Positions 31,831 to 40,917 of a DNA stretch of 64,000 nucleotides are shown here, piece by piece. Every line of letters starts with the position of its first letter. The first letter of the stretch is position 1. The stretch is from the NCBI GenBank assembly GCA_039190005.1, contig JBCCYM010000002.1:10285-74284 (forward strand), written 5' to 3'. The notes beneath the pieces are model-generated. The model worked only from the letters and a program-made list of their open reading frames with translations, ran no database searches and was not told the DNA's origin. This DNA is from Pseudomonadota bacterium (GTDB lineage: Bacteria; Pseudomonadota; Gammaproteobacteria; UBA12402). The translations under genes were made by a program, and so were the position numbers.

Positions 31831-32826
31831 ATGAGTAAAAAATTTCCACGTACAAAAGTAACACATGATTTGTTTTTTCAGCAATCTTTGATGCAGAAAT
31901 CTATCGCATTGGATTTTTTCAAAGCACATTTGCCGCGGAGTGTGCAGTCAAAAATTGATTGGAACAGTTTAACATTAGAGCCAGGACGATTTGTGGCTAA
32001 AGAATATAGAGTGCAATACAGTGATGTGTTGTATTCGGTAAGGCTTTCTGAGGAGTTAGCTTACTTATATATTCTAGCAGAACACAAAAGTTATGGTGAT
32101 CGTTTTCTGCCATTGCAATTATTAAGGTACATGTGTGCCATTTGGCAACGTTATATTGAACAGAAGAGAAAATTAGGGAAAGGACAGGGTTGTTTGCCGA
32201 TGATCTATCCACTTACATATTATCATGGTCGCCAATCGCCTTATCCGTATTCAACCGATATTCGCGATTGTTTTGCCGATAAGGCATTGGCGAAAGCGAT
32301 ATTTGATAAACCATTTCCCTTGATAGATATGACACAATACAGTGATGAAAACTTATTACAGCATGGTAGGGCATCCACATTTGAACTGTTGCAAAAGCAT
32401 ATTTTTGCCAAAGATTTATTAGAAGATATCCAGGAATTGTTGAAAAACAAGCATTTCATAGCGCTTATGCGTGAAACATCTGGTGATTATAGTTTTCAGG
32501 TGTTACAATATATGATAGAGGCAAGTGAGTCTACTCACGCTGATAAATTTTTAAAGCAATTAACCCAACAACTTCCAGAAATAGGTGATCAAATTATGAC
32601 AGTTGGACAACAACTCAGACAGCAAGGCATTGAGCAAGGTATTGAGCGAGGTATTGAGCGAGGCATTGAACAAGGTATTGAACAGGGCATTGAGCGAGGT
32701 ATTAAGCAGGGTAGGACGGTGGAAGCTATGACAATCGCAAGAACGCTCTTAAATCGGGGGATGTCACTTGAAGAAGTGGCGGAGATTACCCATTTATCTT
32801 ATGAAAAGCTTCAGAGAATTAAGTGA
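31831..32826 (+). CDS. rpn: Rpn-family (YhgA-like, PD-(D/E)XK) recombination-promoting nuclease / putative transposase
   Basis: The N-terminal block THDLFFQQSLMQKSIALDFFKAHLP...YSDVLYSV...ILAEHKSYGD matches the conserved YhgA/RpnA motifs (HDxxFK, DxLY, EHQS). The C-terminus has seven or more GIEQG/GIERG hexapeptide repeats and ends LEEVAEITHLSYEKLQRIK. Confidence 0.85.
   Translation: MSKKFPRTKVTHDLFFQQSLMQKSIALDFFKAHLPRSVQSKIDWNSLTLEPGRFVAKEYRVQYSDVLYSVRLSEELAYLYILAEHKSYGDRFLPLQLLRYMCAIWQRYIEQKRKLGKGQGCLPMIYPLTYYHGRQSPYPYSTDIRDCFADKALAKAIFDKPFPLIDMTQYSDENLLQHGRASTFELLQKHIFAKDLLEDIQELLKNKHFIALMRETSGDYSFQVLQYMIEASESTHADKFLKQLTQQLPEIGDQIMTVGQQLRQQGIEQGIERGIERGIEQGIEQGIERGIKQGRTVEAMTIARTLLNRGMSLEEVAEITHLSYEKLQRIK
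32596..32826 (+). CDS. Candidate intragenic RpnS-like small protein (77 aa), in frame within the 3' end of rpn
   Basis: The internal ATG at 32596 is preceded by AGGTGATCAAATT, a Shine-Dalgarno sequence at correct spacing. The identical SD plus ATG context is preserved in the downstream duplicate at 32948. This call is inferred from sequence only. Confidence 0.45.
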   Translation: MTVGQQLRQQGIEQGIERGIERGIEQGIEQGIERGIKQGRTVEAMTIARTLLNRGMSLEEVAEITHLSYEKLQRIK

Positions 32827-32887
32827 CATAGAATTACATGAGTAATTCTATTTTGCTTCAACATGCGAGTTTGCCTATGAGTGTACT

Positions 32888-33139
32888 GACGCTGATAGAT
32901 TTTTAGAGCAATTAACCCAACAATTTCCAGAAATAGGTGATCAAATTATGACAGTTGGACAACAACTCAGACAGCAAGGTATTGAGCAAGGCATTAAGCA
33001 GGGTATTAAACAAGGTAGGACAGCGGAAGCTATGACAATCGCAAGAACACTTTTAAATCGAGAGATGTCACTTGAAGAAGTGGCGGAGATTACGCGTTTA
33101 CCTTATGAAAAGCTTCAGCGAATTAAGTCAGAAAATTGA
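32888..33139 (+). repeat. A roughly 250-bp segmental duplication of the rpn 3' end (32535-32826). It has three instead of seven GIxQG repeats.
   Basis: About 90% nucleotide identity to 32535-32826. The difference is the number of 18-bp ggyattgagcragg repeats. Confidence 0.9.
32948..33139 (+). CDS. Free-standing RpnS-like ORF (63 aa), a duplicate of the Rpn C-terminal domain with its own SD and ATG
   Basis: MTVGQQLRQQGIEQGIKQGIKQGRTAEAMTIARTLLNREMSLEEVAEITRLPYEKLQRIKSEN. The N-terminal nuclease part of rpn has no in-frame ATG upstream of this copy. The frame opens only at 32846 after a TAA. Confidence 0.55.
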   Translation: MTVGQQLRQQGIEQGIKQGIKQGRTAEAMTIARTLLNREMSLEEVAEITRLPYEKLQRIKSEN

Positions 33140-33327
33140 TCTGAGTAGTGCAAACATTCCAAGGTTGAAATGCTATAAAATGGGTATAGGTCAGAATTTC
33201 TTTAGCAAAAACATTGTAAATAGTAGGGAGTTTATGCTATTTTACTGACTATTGTATGGCTTATCCAGGATTAATCTTCAATAAAGTGTCGTGAATTAAC
33301 GCTATCCAGATAGTAGAAATTTATATT

Positions 33328-35214
33328 ATGTCAAGAATTAAGCACCTTGCGCCGATGTTGGCGAATCAGATAGCGGCTGGTGAAGTTGTGGAACGTCCGG
33401 CATCGGTGGTAAAGGAGCTGGTTGAAAATAGCCTTGACGCCGGTAGTAAGCATATTGACATTGATATTGAAAAAGGTGGTATGCGCCTTATTCGGGTGCG
33501 TGACAATGGTATGGGTATTCATGCCGATGATTTAACGTTAGCCATTAGCCCTCATGCCACCAGCAAAATTTATACTCAGGAAGATTTGGCGCTTATCAGC
33601 AGTTTTGGCTTTCGCGGTGAGGCACTGGCGAGTATCAGTTCTGTTTCACGTTTTAACCTTACTTCGGCAACAGCGTCTGAAAACGCAGTTCAGATCAACT
33701 GTGAAGGCAAAGAAAATCATGAAATTTTGCCGGCATCACATCCTATCGGCACGACCGTTGAAGTGCGTGATCTCTTTTTCAATATACCCGCGCGACGTAA
33801 ATTTTTGCGTACCGAAAAAACCGAATTTACGCATATTGAAACATTGGTAAAACGTTTGGCATTGGCAAATTTCCCGGTGCAATTTACTTTACAGCATAAT
33901 CAAAAAACCATTTTTAATTTTTTACCAGCGCATACCGATGAACAAAAAGAACAGCGGGTTGCTAAACTCTGTGGCAAGGAATTTATGCGCCATGCTTTGC
34001 ATATTGACACGGCAGTTACGGGTATTCGATTATATGGTTGGATCGCGCAACCCAGTTTTTCACGCAGTCAAGCGGATTTGCAATATTGCTATATCAATGG
34101 CCGTATTGTGCGCGATAAAATGATCACCCATGCGGTAAAACGCGCTTATCGAGATGTGTTGTATCATGGTCGGTTTCCAGCATTTGTGATTTTTTTGGAG
34201 ATGGAACCTAAGGATGTTGATGTCAACGCCCATCCACAAAAGCTTGAGGTGCGTTTTCATCAAGGGCGTTTTGTCTATGATTTTCTTACTAAGAGTATTG
34301 AGCAGGCACTTGCCGATGTCAGACCGGCAATGCCACAATCATTTACGACATCCGCGCCGCAATCATCACCTAAGTTCTCAATGAATCATCAGCCACGTTT
34401 TAATTTTGCTGTTGAAGAGACAGTGCAAGCCTATAAGGCTTTTCATCATCCGTCGGAAGACCAGCCATATCAAAATAAGCGGCAAAGTGAAGCGACTGAT
34501 ATGCCGACAACAATGTTGCCAAAAAATGAAAAAGCGCAAATCGAAAATATTGCCACGGAAATTGCTAAGCAACAACAATCCAGCAAATTGCCGGAAACGC
34601 TTGAGCGGCGACCGTCAGCTGAGGCGTCTGATATGCCATTGGGTGTCGCCTTGGCGCAATTACATGGTGTTTATGTGCTGGCGCAGAATGATTATGGGTT
34701 GATATTGGTTGATATGCATGCCGCGCATGAGCGTATTGTTTATGAAAAAATGAAAAAAGCTTACGCCGCGCATAATATCGCCACACAGTTATTATTATTG
34801 CCGGTGACCTTAGAACTTAATGCTGAAGAAATACGCTGTGCTGAGAAGCACCAGCAATTTTTGCTTGAGCTCGGTTTAAATCTGGAATTTCTCGGCCCGG
34901 AAACACTGGTGATACGTGAAGTACCGTCAATACTGAGCGCGGACAATATCGCCCAATTACTACGTGATGTGTTATCAGAATTACTTGTTTGTCAAAGCAG
35001 CGATGAAGTCAACAGCAGAATTGATACTATATTATCAACCATGGCTTGCCATGGCGCGGTTAGAGCGAATCGCCAATTATCTTTGACTGAAATGAATAGC
35101 TTATTACGTGATATTGAAACAACTGAACGCAGTGGTCAGTGTAATCATGGACGACCAACCTGGACAGCACTGTCCATGACGGAATTGGATAAATTGTTTA
35201 TGCGCGGTCGTTAA
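33328..35214 (+). CDS. mutL: DNA mismatch repair protein MutL
   Basis: Has the GHKL ATPase motifs ANQIAAGEVVERPASVVKELVENSLDAG and DNGMGI. The C-terminal dimerisation domain is present. Length is 628 aa. Confidence 0.95.
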   Translation: MSRIKHLAPMLANQIAAGEVVERPASVVKELVENSLDAGSKHIDIDIEKGGMRLIRVRDNGMGIHADDLTLAISPHATSKIYTQEDLALISSFGFRGEALASISSVSRFNLTSATASENAVQINCEGKENHEILPASHPIGTTVEVRDLFFNIPARRKFLRTEKTEFTHIETLVKRLALANFPVQFTLQHNQKTIFNFLPAHTDEQKEQRVAKLCGKEFMRHALHIDTAVTGIRLYGWIAQPSFSRSQADLQYCYINGRIVRDKMITHAVKRAYRDVLYHGRFPAFVIFLEMEPKDVDVNAHPQKLEVRFHQGRFVYDFLTKSIEQALADVRPAMPQSFTTSAPQSSPKFSMNHQPRFNFAVEETVQAYKAFHHPSEDQPYQNKRQSEATDMPTTMLPKNEKAQIENIATEIAKQQQSSKLPETLERRPSAEASDMPLGVALAQLHGVYVLAQNDYGLILVDMHAAHERIVYEKMKKAYAAHNIATQLLLLPVTLELNAEEIRCAEKHQQFLLELGLNLEFLGPETLVIREVPSILSADNIAQLLRDVLSELLVCQSSDEVNSRIDTILSTMACHGAVRANRQLSLTEMNSLLRDIETTERSGQCNHGRPTWTALSMTELDKLFMRGR

Positions 35215-35237
35215 TTTTAAATAGTAGAGGTGAGTTT

Positions 35238-35768
35238 ATGACAATACGTGATTTTCAACACTATCATCCTCGCGTTGCTGAAACGGCTTATATTGATCCC
35301 AGTGCCGTGGTGATTGGCAATGTCACCTTGGCAGATGATGTGTCAATATGGCCTTTAACTGTGTTGCGTGGTGATGTGAATTCAATTCAGGTCGGTGCTC
35401 GAAGCAATATTCAAGATCGTAGTGTTGTCCATGTCACCCATTATGACCCTGAATACAGTCCTGACAGTGCCGCTGTGGTGATTGGGGATGATGTGACAGT
35501 CGGGCATGGTGTCATTTTACATGGTTGTACCATTGGTAATCGTTGTCTCATCGGCATGGGTTCGACATTATTAGATGGTGTCGTGATTGAAGATGAGGTT
35601 ATGGTTGGCGCGAATAGCTTAGTACCCATGTACAAAACACTGGAATCCGGCTATCTTTATCTCGGTAGTCCGGTTCAAAAAGTGCGAGCGCTTAAAGAGG
35701 CTGAACGAGCGTTTTTAAAATATAGCGCGATGCATTATGTTGAGCTGAAAAATAAATATGGCACTTGA
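35238..35768 (+). CDS. Gamma-class carbonic anhydrase family / hexapeptide-repeat (left-handed beta-helix) protein, YrdA/PaaY-like
   Basis: Hexapeptide repeats (VIGNVTLADDVSIW, IGDDVTVGHGVILHGCTIGN) are present, with the His ligands typical of gamma-CA. Length is 176 aa. Confidence 0.85.
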   Translation: MTIRDFQHYHPRVAETAYIDPSAVVIGNVTLADDVSIWPLTVLRGDVNSIQVGARSNIQDRSVVHVTHYDPEYSPDSAAVVIGDDVTVGHGVILHGCTIGNRCLIGMGSTLLDGVVIEDEVMVGANSLVPMYKTLESGYLYLGSPVQKVRALKEAERAFLKYSAMHYVELKNKYGT

Positions 35769-35790
35769 ATAGAAAAATCAAACAAAAGTA

Positions 35791-35819
35791 TTGACTTTTA
35801 GCATGGATTGAGCTAGTGT
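35791..35819 (+). promoter_or_regulatory. Candidate sigma70 promoter for the aro leader/operon: TTGACT, 17 bp, TAGTGT
   Basis: A consensus -35 hexamer at 35791-35796 and a weak -10 at 35814-35819. It lies about 10 nt upstream of the leader ATG at 35830. Confidence 0.35.
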
Positions 35820-35829
35820 TGGAAATACG

Positions 35830-35946
35830 ATGATGAATAATAGCTTAACAAAAACAGTTTCTCTTAGCTGGATTAGCTCAGCGATCTCTTTCTTTATCTC
35901 CGCAAAAGGATTTTTTAGCTTCTTTTATTTTGCCCCGTTGGGGTAA
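35830..35946 (+). CDS. Phe-rich leader peptide (38 aa) of the aro/phe/tyr operon. Not in the ORF track.
   Basis: ATG ATG AAT ... translates to MMNNSLTKTVSLSWISSAISFFISAKGFFSFFYFAPLG*. It has 8 Phe, 1 Tyr and 1 Trp. GGAAA lies 6 nt upstream of the ATG. A T7 run (35972-35978) sits between the leader stop and the aroG start (36037). Confidence 0.55.
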   Translation: MMNNSLTKTVSLSWISSAISFFISAKGFFSFFYFAPLG

Positions 35947-36036
35947 TATCATTATAAACTAAAACTATCAATTTTTTTCCTAAAACTGGCGCAGAAGTGT
36001 ATTCTGTAATGATCAATTAACGTCGAGTGATAAGCG

Positions 36037-37086
36037 ATGACTAAAATAAGTAATACAAATATTCATGAGATAAAACCATTATTATCCCCTGAAATGGTAC
36101 TCCATGATTTACCGATGAATGATAAGATTCGTATACATGTCCAATCGGGACGACAACAATTAGAAGCAATTATTAAAGGTGAAGATAAACGACTAATTGC
36201 CATTGTTGGTCCCTGTTCGGTTCATGAAAAAGACGCGGCACTGGATTACGCGCGTAAACTGAAAGTAGTGGCGGAAGCCATGAAAGATAAACTGTGCATT
36301 GTCATGCGAGTCTATTTTGAGAAACCGCGCACCACGGTGGGCTGGAAAGGACTGATTAATGACCCTTATCTTGATAACAGTTTTAATATTAACGCGGGAC
36401 TGAAATTAGCAAGAGAGCTATTGCTGGAAATTAATACACTTGGTCTTTTTGCCGCGACAGAGTTTGTCGATACATTCACCCCACAATATATTGCCGACCT
36501 CATTTCTTGGGCCGCTATTGGTGCAAGAACGGTTGAGAGCCAACCGCACCGTATGTTAGCTTCGGGTTTATCTATGCCTGTGGGGTTTAAAAACAGTACC
36601 ACTGGTGATGTGGAAGTCGCTGCTAATGCTGTGGCAGCTGCGACCAATCCGCATCGTTTTCTTGGTGTGACACAAAACGGGCTGGCAGCAATTGTCAATA
36701 CCAAAGGGAATGATAATTGTCATATTGTTTTACGTGGTGGTAAAAGTGGCACCAATTACAGTGCCGAACATGTCAACATGGCCGCGGCCTTACTGGCTAA
36801 ACATCATCTGCCACAAGGTATTATGATTGATTGCAGCCACGGTAATTCTAACAAAGATTTTAGACGACAGGCGGATGTCGTTGATGCTATTTGTAAACAG
36901 TTACTGCAAGGGTCAAGTCATATTATGGGCTTAATGATTGAGAGCAACTTATTAGAAGGTCGTCAGGATTTTGAACCCGGTGCAAAACTCGTTTACGGCA
37001 AAAGTATTACCGATGCTTGCATCGGCTGGGAACAAACAGAAATATTGTTAAACACGTTAGCAGAAAAAGTTAACATAGGGGGTTGA
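36037..37086 (+). CDS. aroG: 3-deoxy-7-phosphoheptulonate (DAHP) synthase, class I-alpha
   Basis: IVGPCSVHE, KPRT and GARTVESQ motifs. Length 349 aa. Confidence 0.95.
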   Translation: MTKISNTNIHEIKPLLSPEMVLHDLPMNDKIRIHVQSGRQQLEAIIKGEDKRLIAIVGPCSVHEKDAALDYARKLKVVAEAMKDKLCIVMRVYFEKPRTTVGWKGLINDPYLDNSFNINAGLKLARELLLEINTLGLFAATEFVDTFTPQYIADLISWAAIGARTVESQPHRMLASGLSMPVGFKNSTTGDVEVAANAVAAATNPHRFLGVTQNGLAAIVNTKGNDNCHIVLRGGKSGTNYSAEHVNMAAALLAKHHLPQGIMIDCSHGNSNKDFRRQADVVDAICKQLLQGSSHIMGLMIESNLLEGRQDFEPGAKLVYGKSITDACIGWEQTEILLNTLAEKVNIGG

Positions 37087-37973
37087 TGATGAATAATGAA
37101 CTAGAAAATTTAAGAAAACAAATTAATGACATCGATAGTCAGGTGCTCGATTTAATTACTCAACGTGCTGAAGTAGCAAAGTTAGTGCTAGCCAGTAAAT
37201 TGAAAATGGCTGGCGGTGAAGCACCACAGATTTTTTTCCCGCAGCGTGAACGGGAAGTGATTGCACGGCTGATTGACAAAAATACCAGTGCTTTGCCAGG
37301 ACAGTCAATCGCTAGTATTTTTCAGGCAATTATGAACGCCTGTCGCAATCTGCAAATTACTATGTTGGCTGACACGAAAGACGCGCCAAAAGCTAAGGCG
37401 TTAAAAATAAGTGTTCAAGGTATTGAGCACAGTTATTCGCATCAGGCAGCCGTTGAGTTTTGTAATCGTCGAAAATTGCCAAATTATAGGATTGATTATG
37501 CCGTTTCCAGCAACAATGTTCTCGATCATGTTGTTTCAGGAAAAACTCAGTATGGTATTGTCGCGCTTAATAACGCGCAGGGCGGTTTGGTTGATGAGAC
37601 CATCAAGGCCTTAACGCGGCATAACTATAATATTGTCGATAGCGTTGTCTTGCCGGTTGAACATAGTTTGTTAGTGCTGCCTGGGACAAAAAAAGAACAA
37701 ATTACCCATGTCTATTCACATTCGCAGGCATTGAGACAGTGCGCTGCTTATCTTAAAAAGGAATATCCCAACTGCAAACAAATTGAATGGGCGGATACGG
37801 CACTTTCTGCCAGTGATTTAGCTGCTGGGAAAATTGACAAACACAGCGCGGTTATCGCGCATGCGAATTGTGCTAAAACCAATGGTTTGAATATTCTGGA
37901 TCAAAATATACAAGATCTGAAAAATAATGAAACCTTGTTTTTAGTTGTTAACGCGGGATCGGCTAATGGCTAA
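37083..37973 (+). CDS. pheA: bifunctional chorismate mutase / prephenate dehydratase lacking the C-terminal ACT regulatory domain
   Basis: The N-terminus carries the AroQ chorismate mutase motif LRKQINDIDSQVLDLITQRAEVAKLV. The prephenate dehydratase core follows (GIEHSYSHQAA...TRF-like). Length is 296 aa, against about 386 aa for E. coli PheA. Confidence 0.85.
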   Translation: MMMNNELENLRKQINDIDSQVLDLITQRAEVAKLVLASKLKMAGGEAPQIFFPQREREVIARLIDKNTSALPGQSIASIFQAIMNACRNLQITMLADTKDAPKAKALKISVQGIEHSYSHQAAVEFCNRRKLPNYRIDYAVSSNNVLDHVVSGKTQYGIVALNNAQGGLVDETIKALTRHNYNIVDSVVLPVEHSLLVLPGTKKEQITHVYSHSQALRQCAAYLKKEYPNCKQIEWADTALSASDLAAGKIDKHSAVIAHANCAKTNGLNILDQNIQDLKNNETLFLVVNAGSANG

Positions 37974-38712
37974 ACATCAAATTGGCATTTTAGGTTATGG
38001 TCGCTTCGGGCGTATTATGATGCGCCTGTTAGCGTCAGATCATGAGGTTTTTTTCTATGATGTGAATGACAATTTGCATCAAGAACAATCTTTCAAACCG
38101 CTACAGGATCTGTTGAAACTGCCTGTGTTGATTTTGGCGGTGCCAATCAATCAAATGGAAACAGTGCTTAAGCAAATTTCTGCGCATTTAAGTACACAAA
38201 CAGTGATTGATGTTTGCTCGGTTAAAATCTATCCAACTCAATTAATGCTCAACTATCTGCCGGAAAAAGTCAATGTGATTGCGACACATCCTATGTTTGG
38301 TCCAGACTCATACGGTAGCCAAGGTCAAAAAAATATGATGATGTATCCAGCCAGAGTATCAAAGGCAATCTTTCAACAATGGCATGATTATTTTTTAGCA
38401 AAAGATCTCAATGTTTGTATCATGTCGCCGGAACAGCATGATCGCGAGAGTGCTTTTTCTCAAAGCCTGACCCATTTTTTAGGTCGGGTGTTGAATGAGA
38501 TAAACTTGCAAGACACTGATATTTCAACCGAAGGTTATCGAAGTTTGTTAAAAATTGTCGAGCAAACCTGTAATGATAGCTGGGAATTGTTTCAAGACAT
38601 CTTGCAATATAATCCATATGGCGAAACAATGATTGAACAACTTAACGCAGCAACGGACAACGTAGTCCATAAATTAAAATCAAGTAATCAGAGAGGTGAT
38701 GATGGCAAGTAA
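37966..38712 (+). CDS. tyrA: prephenate/arogenate dehydrogenase
   Basis: Rossmann motif GILGYGRFG and the conserved HPMFGP motif. The ATG at 37966 overlaps the pheA stop (ATGGCTAA). Confidence 0.8.
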   Translation: MAKHQIGILGYGRFGRIMMRLLASDHEVFFYDVNDNLHQEQSFKPLQDLLKLPVLILAVPINQMETVLKQISAHLSTQTVIDVCSVKIYPTQLMLNYLPEKVNVIATHPMFGPDSYGSQGQKNMMMYPARVSKAIFQQWHDYFLAKDLNVCIMSPEQHDRESAFSQSLTHFLGRVLNEINLQDTDISTEGYRSLLKIVEQTCNDSWELFQDILQYNPYGETMIEQLNAATDNVVHKLKSSNQRGDDGK

Positions 38713-39796
38713 TAGTTTTGGTAATTTATTTCGTATTACCACCTGGGGTGAATCACATGGTAAAGGCATTGGCGTGGTCATTGATGGTTGTCCTGCCGGA
38801 TTGCCATTATCAGAAGAAGAGATCAATATTGAATTGCGTCGACGTGCGCCGGCCGGTAATAATCCTTATACCACACCACGCAAAGAAGCGGATTTTGGTG
38901 AAATCTATTCCGGTGTGTTTGAAGGCAAAACAACCGGCGCGCCGATTGCAATTATTATTATGAATAACAATGCTGATTCCAGTAAATACGAACCCATTAA
39001 AAATTTACTGCGTCCGGGACATGCCAATTATACCTATTTAGAAAAATATGGCTGTTTTGATTACCGTGGTGGCGGTCGCGCATCGGCACGGGAAACCGCT
39101 TGTCGTGTCGCCGCGGGCGCGGTTGCCAAAAAATTGCTTGCCCATTACAACGTTGAAATTGCCGCGTTTATTCGATCAATTGGCACGGTAAACGCGGAAG
39201 AAGTGTTTTCGGATATTAAAGCATTGAAACAGCAACGCGATAATAGCCCGGTTTATTGTCCTTCGCCTGTTGCCGCTGGGAAAATGATGCAGGCGATCAG
39301 TGCCGCCAAAGAAGCGGGTGATTCATTAGGGGGTGTTGTTGAATTCGCGGCACATGGTTTACCTATTGGACTTGGTGATCCGGTTTATGAAAAAATCGAA
39401 GCCAATTTAGCCAAAGCGATGATGAGTTTACCGGCAACAAAAGGGTTTACCATTGGTGAAGGGTTTAGTGCCAGCACCATGTTAGGCTCAGCACATAACG
39501 ATACTTTCCATGCTGAAGATGAGCAAATAAAATTAACGACGAATAAAGCCGGCGGCACCTTAGGTGGTATTACTACCGGTGAGGTATTGCGTGGTCATGT
39601 CGCGTTTAAACCGACCTCTAGTATCAAAAAACAACAACAGTCGGTTAATCTTCAAGCCGAAAATAAAACATTTAAACTGCCTGAAGGCTCACGCCATGAT
39701 CCTTGTGTGGCTATTCGCGCGGTGCCGGTGGTTGAAGCGATGGTGGCATTAACACTTGTTGACGCCTTGTTGCTTAATCGTTGTGTCAAACTGTAG
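38696..39796 (+). CDS. aroC: chorismate synthase
   Basis: SFGNLFRITTWGESHG, GGRASARETA, and a C-terminus conserved with AroC. Confidence 0.95.
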   Translation: MMMASNSFGNLFRITTWGESHGKGIGVVIDGCPAGLPLSEEEINIELRRRAPAGNNPYTTPRKEADFGEIYSGVFEGKTTGAPIAIIIMNNNADSSKYEPIKNLLRPGHANYTYLEKYGCFDYRGGGRASARETACRVAAGAVAKKLLAHYNVEIAAFIRSIGTVNAEEVFSDIKALKQQRDNSPVYCPSPVAAGKMMQAISAAKEAGDSLGGVVEFAAHGLPIGLGDPVYEKIEANLAKAMMSLPATKGFTIGEGFSASTMLGSAHNDTFHAEDEQIKLTTNKAGGTLGGITTGEVLRGHVAFKPTSSIKKQQQSVNLQAENKTFKLPEGSRHDPCVAIRAVPVVEAMVALTLVDALLLNRCVKL

Positions 39797-39804
39797 TGGC
39801 TGTG

Positions 39805-40917
39805 ATGAAAACTTTAGCATTAAAACATCGACAAGGTATTTGCAATATTCATATTGGTAATCATATTATTGAAAATGAGTTACTGCTGCAAGCATGTCAT
39901 CCGCTTGCCAATCATTTTGTCATTATTTCAGACAGTAATGTCGCGCCTTTATATGCTGAACCTATTCTCAATCAGTTAGAGAAAGCAAACAAAAAATGTG
40001 AGTTATTTACCATCACTGCCGGCGAGAAAAGCAAAACCCGCGAAGTCAAACAAACACTAGAAGATAACATGCTAGCTGCGGCTTGTGGACGAGATACCGC
40101 TATTATTGCCATTGGCGGTGGTGTAGTGACCGATTTATCCGGTTTTATTGCCGCGACTTATTGTCGTGGCATTAAAAGTATTTATGTGCCGACAACGCTG
40201 CTTGCCATGGTCGATGCCGCGATTGGTGGCAAAACAGCAGTGAATACCCCGTTGGGTAAAAATATGATTGGCTGTTTTTATCAACCACATCATGTGTTTT
40301 GTGATGTCGGCACGTTAGCGACATTGCCTCATGATGAGCTTGCCAATGGATTGGTGGAAACCATTAAACACGCGCTTATTTTAGATAAAGATTTTTTCTT
40401 TGCGTTGGATAAGCTCTACACGCAAAAACAATTATCAGCTGTCCAGCTAGAACAATTGATTCATCGCAGTTGTGAGATTAAATGCGGTGTGGTTGAAAAA
40501 GATGAATGTGAAATCAGTGGAATGCGTCAGCTGGTTAATTTTGGTCATACTGTTGCCCATGGGATTGAACGCTTAATGGATTATAATGTCAGCCATGGCC
40601 AAGCTGTGTTGATTGGATTATGGGTTGAAAGTTGTTTGTCCAATTTATTGGGTTATTTAAGTGATCAGGAATTTGCTTGTATCACAAACAGTTTAGAAAA
40701 AATTAAATTTTCTAAACCGATAGATTTATCGATTCATCAACTTGATCAACTCAAAGAGAACATGATATTAGACAAAAAGTCAGTCGGTAAACAAGCACGT
40801 TTTGTCTTGCTTGATAACATCGGTAAAGCGCGTTATCACGACAAGCAGTTCAGTTTTTCAGTCCCTGAAAAAATAGTAGATAAAGCATTCATATTATATT
40901 TGGAGGTGAACCAATGA
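39805..40917 (+). CDS. aroB: 3-dehydroquinate synthase
   Basis: GGGVVTDLSGFIAATYCRGI, GGKTAVNTPLGKNMIGCFYQP and HGIERL motifs. The ATG is at 39805. The track ORF begins at TTG 39781, overlapping the aroC stop. Confidence 0.95.
   Translation: MKTLALKHRQGICNIHIGNHIIENELLLQACHPLANHFVIISDSNVAPLYAEPILNQLEKANKKCELFTITAGEKSKTREVKQTLEDNMLAAACGRDTAIIAIGGGVVTDLSGFIAATYCRGIKSIYVPTTLLAMVDAAIGGKTAVNTPLGKNMIGCFYQPHHVFCDVGTLATLPHDELANGLVETIKHALILDKDFFFALDKLYTQKQLSAVQLEQLIHRSCEIKCGVVEKDECEISGMRQLVNFGHTVAHGIERLMDYNVSHGQAVLIGLWVESCLSNLLGYLSDQEFACITNSLEKIKFSKPIDLSIHQLDQLKENMILDKKSVGKQARFVLLDNIGKARYHDKQFSFSVPEKIVDKAFILYLEVNQ

Noticed and set aside
35866-35882. tRNA-like start 'gctggattagctcagc' upstream of aroG
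   Set aside because: There is no T-arm (GGTTCGAATCC-like) or anticodon stem downstream. The segment lies inside the Phe-rich leader ORF.
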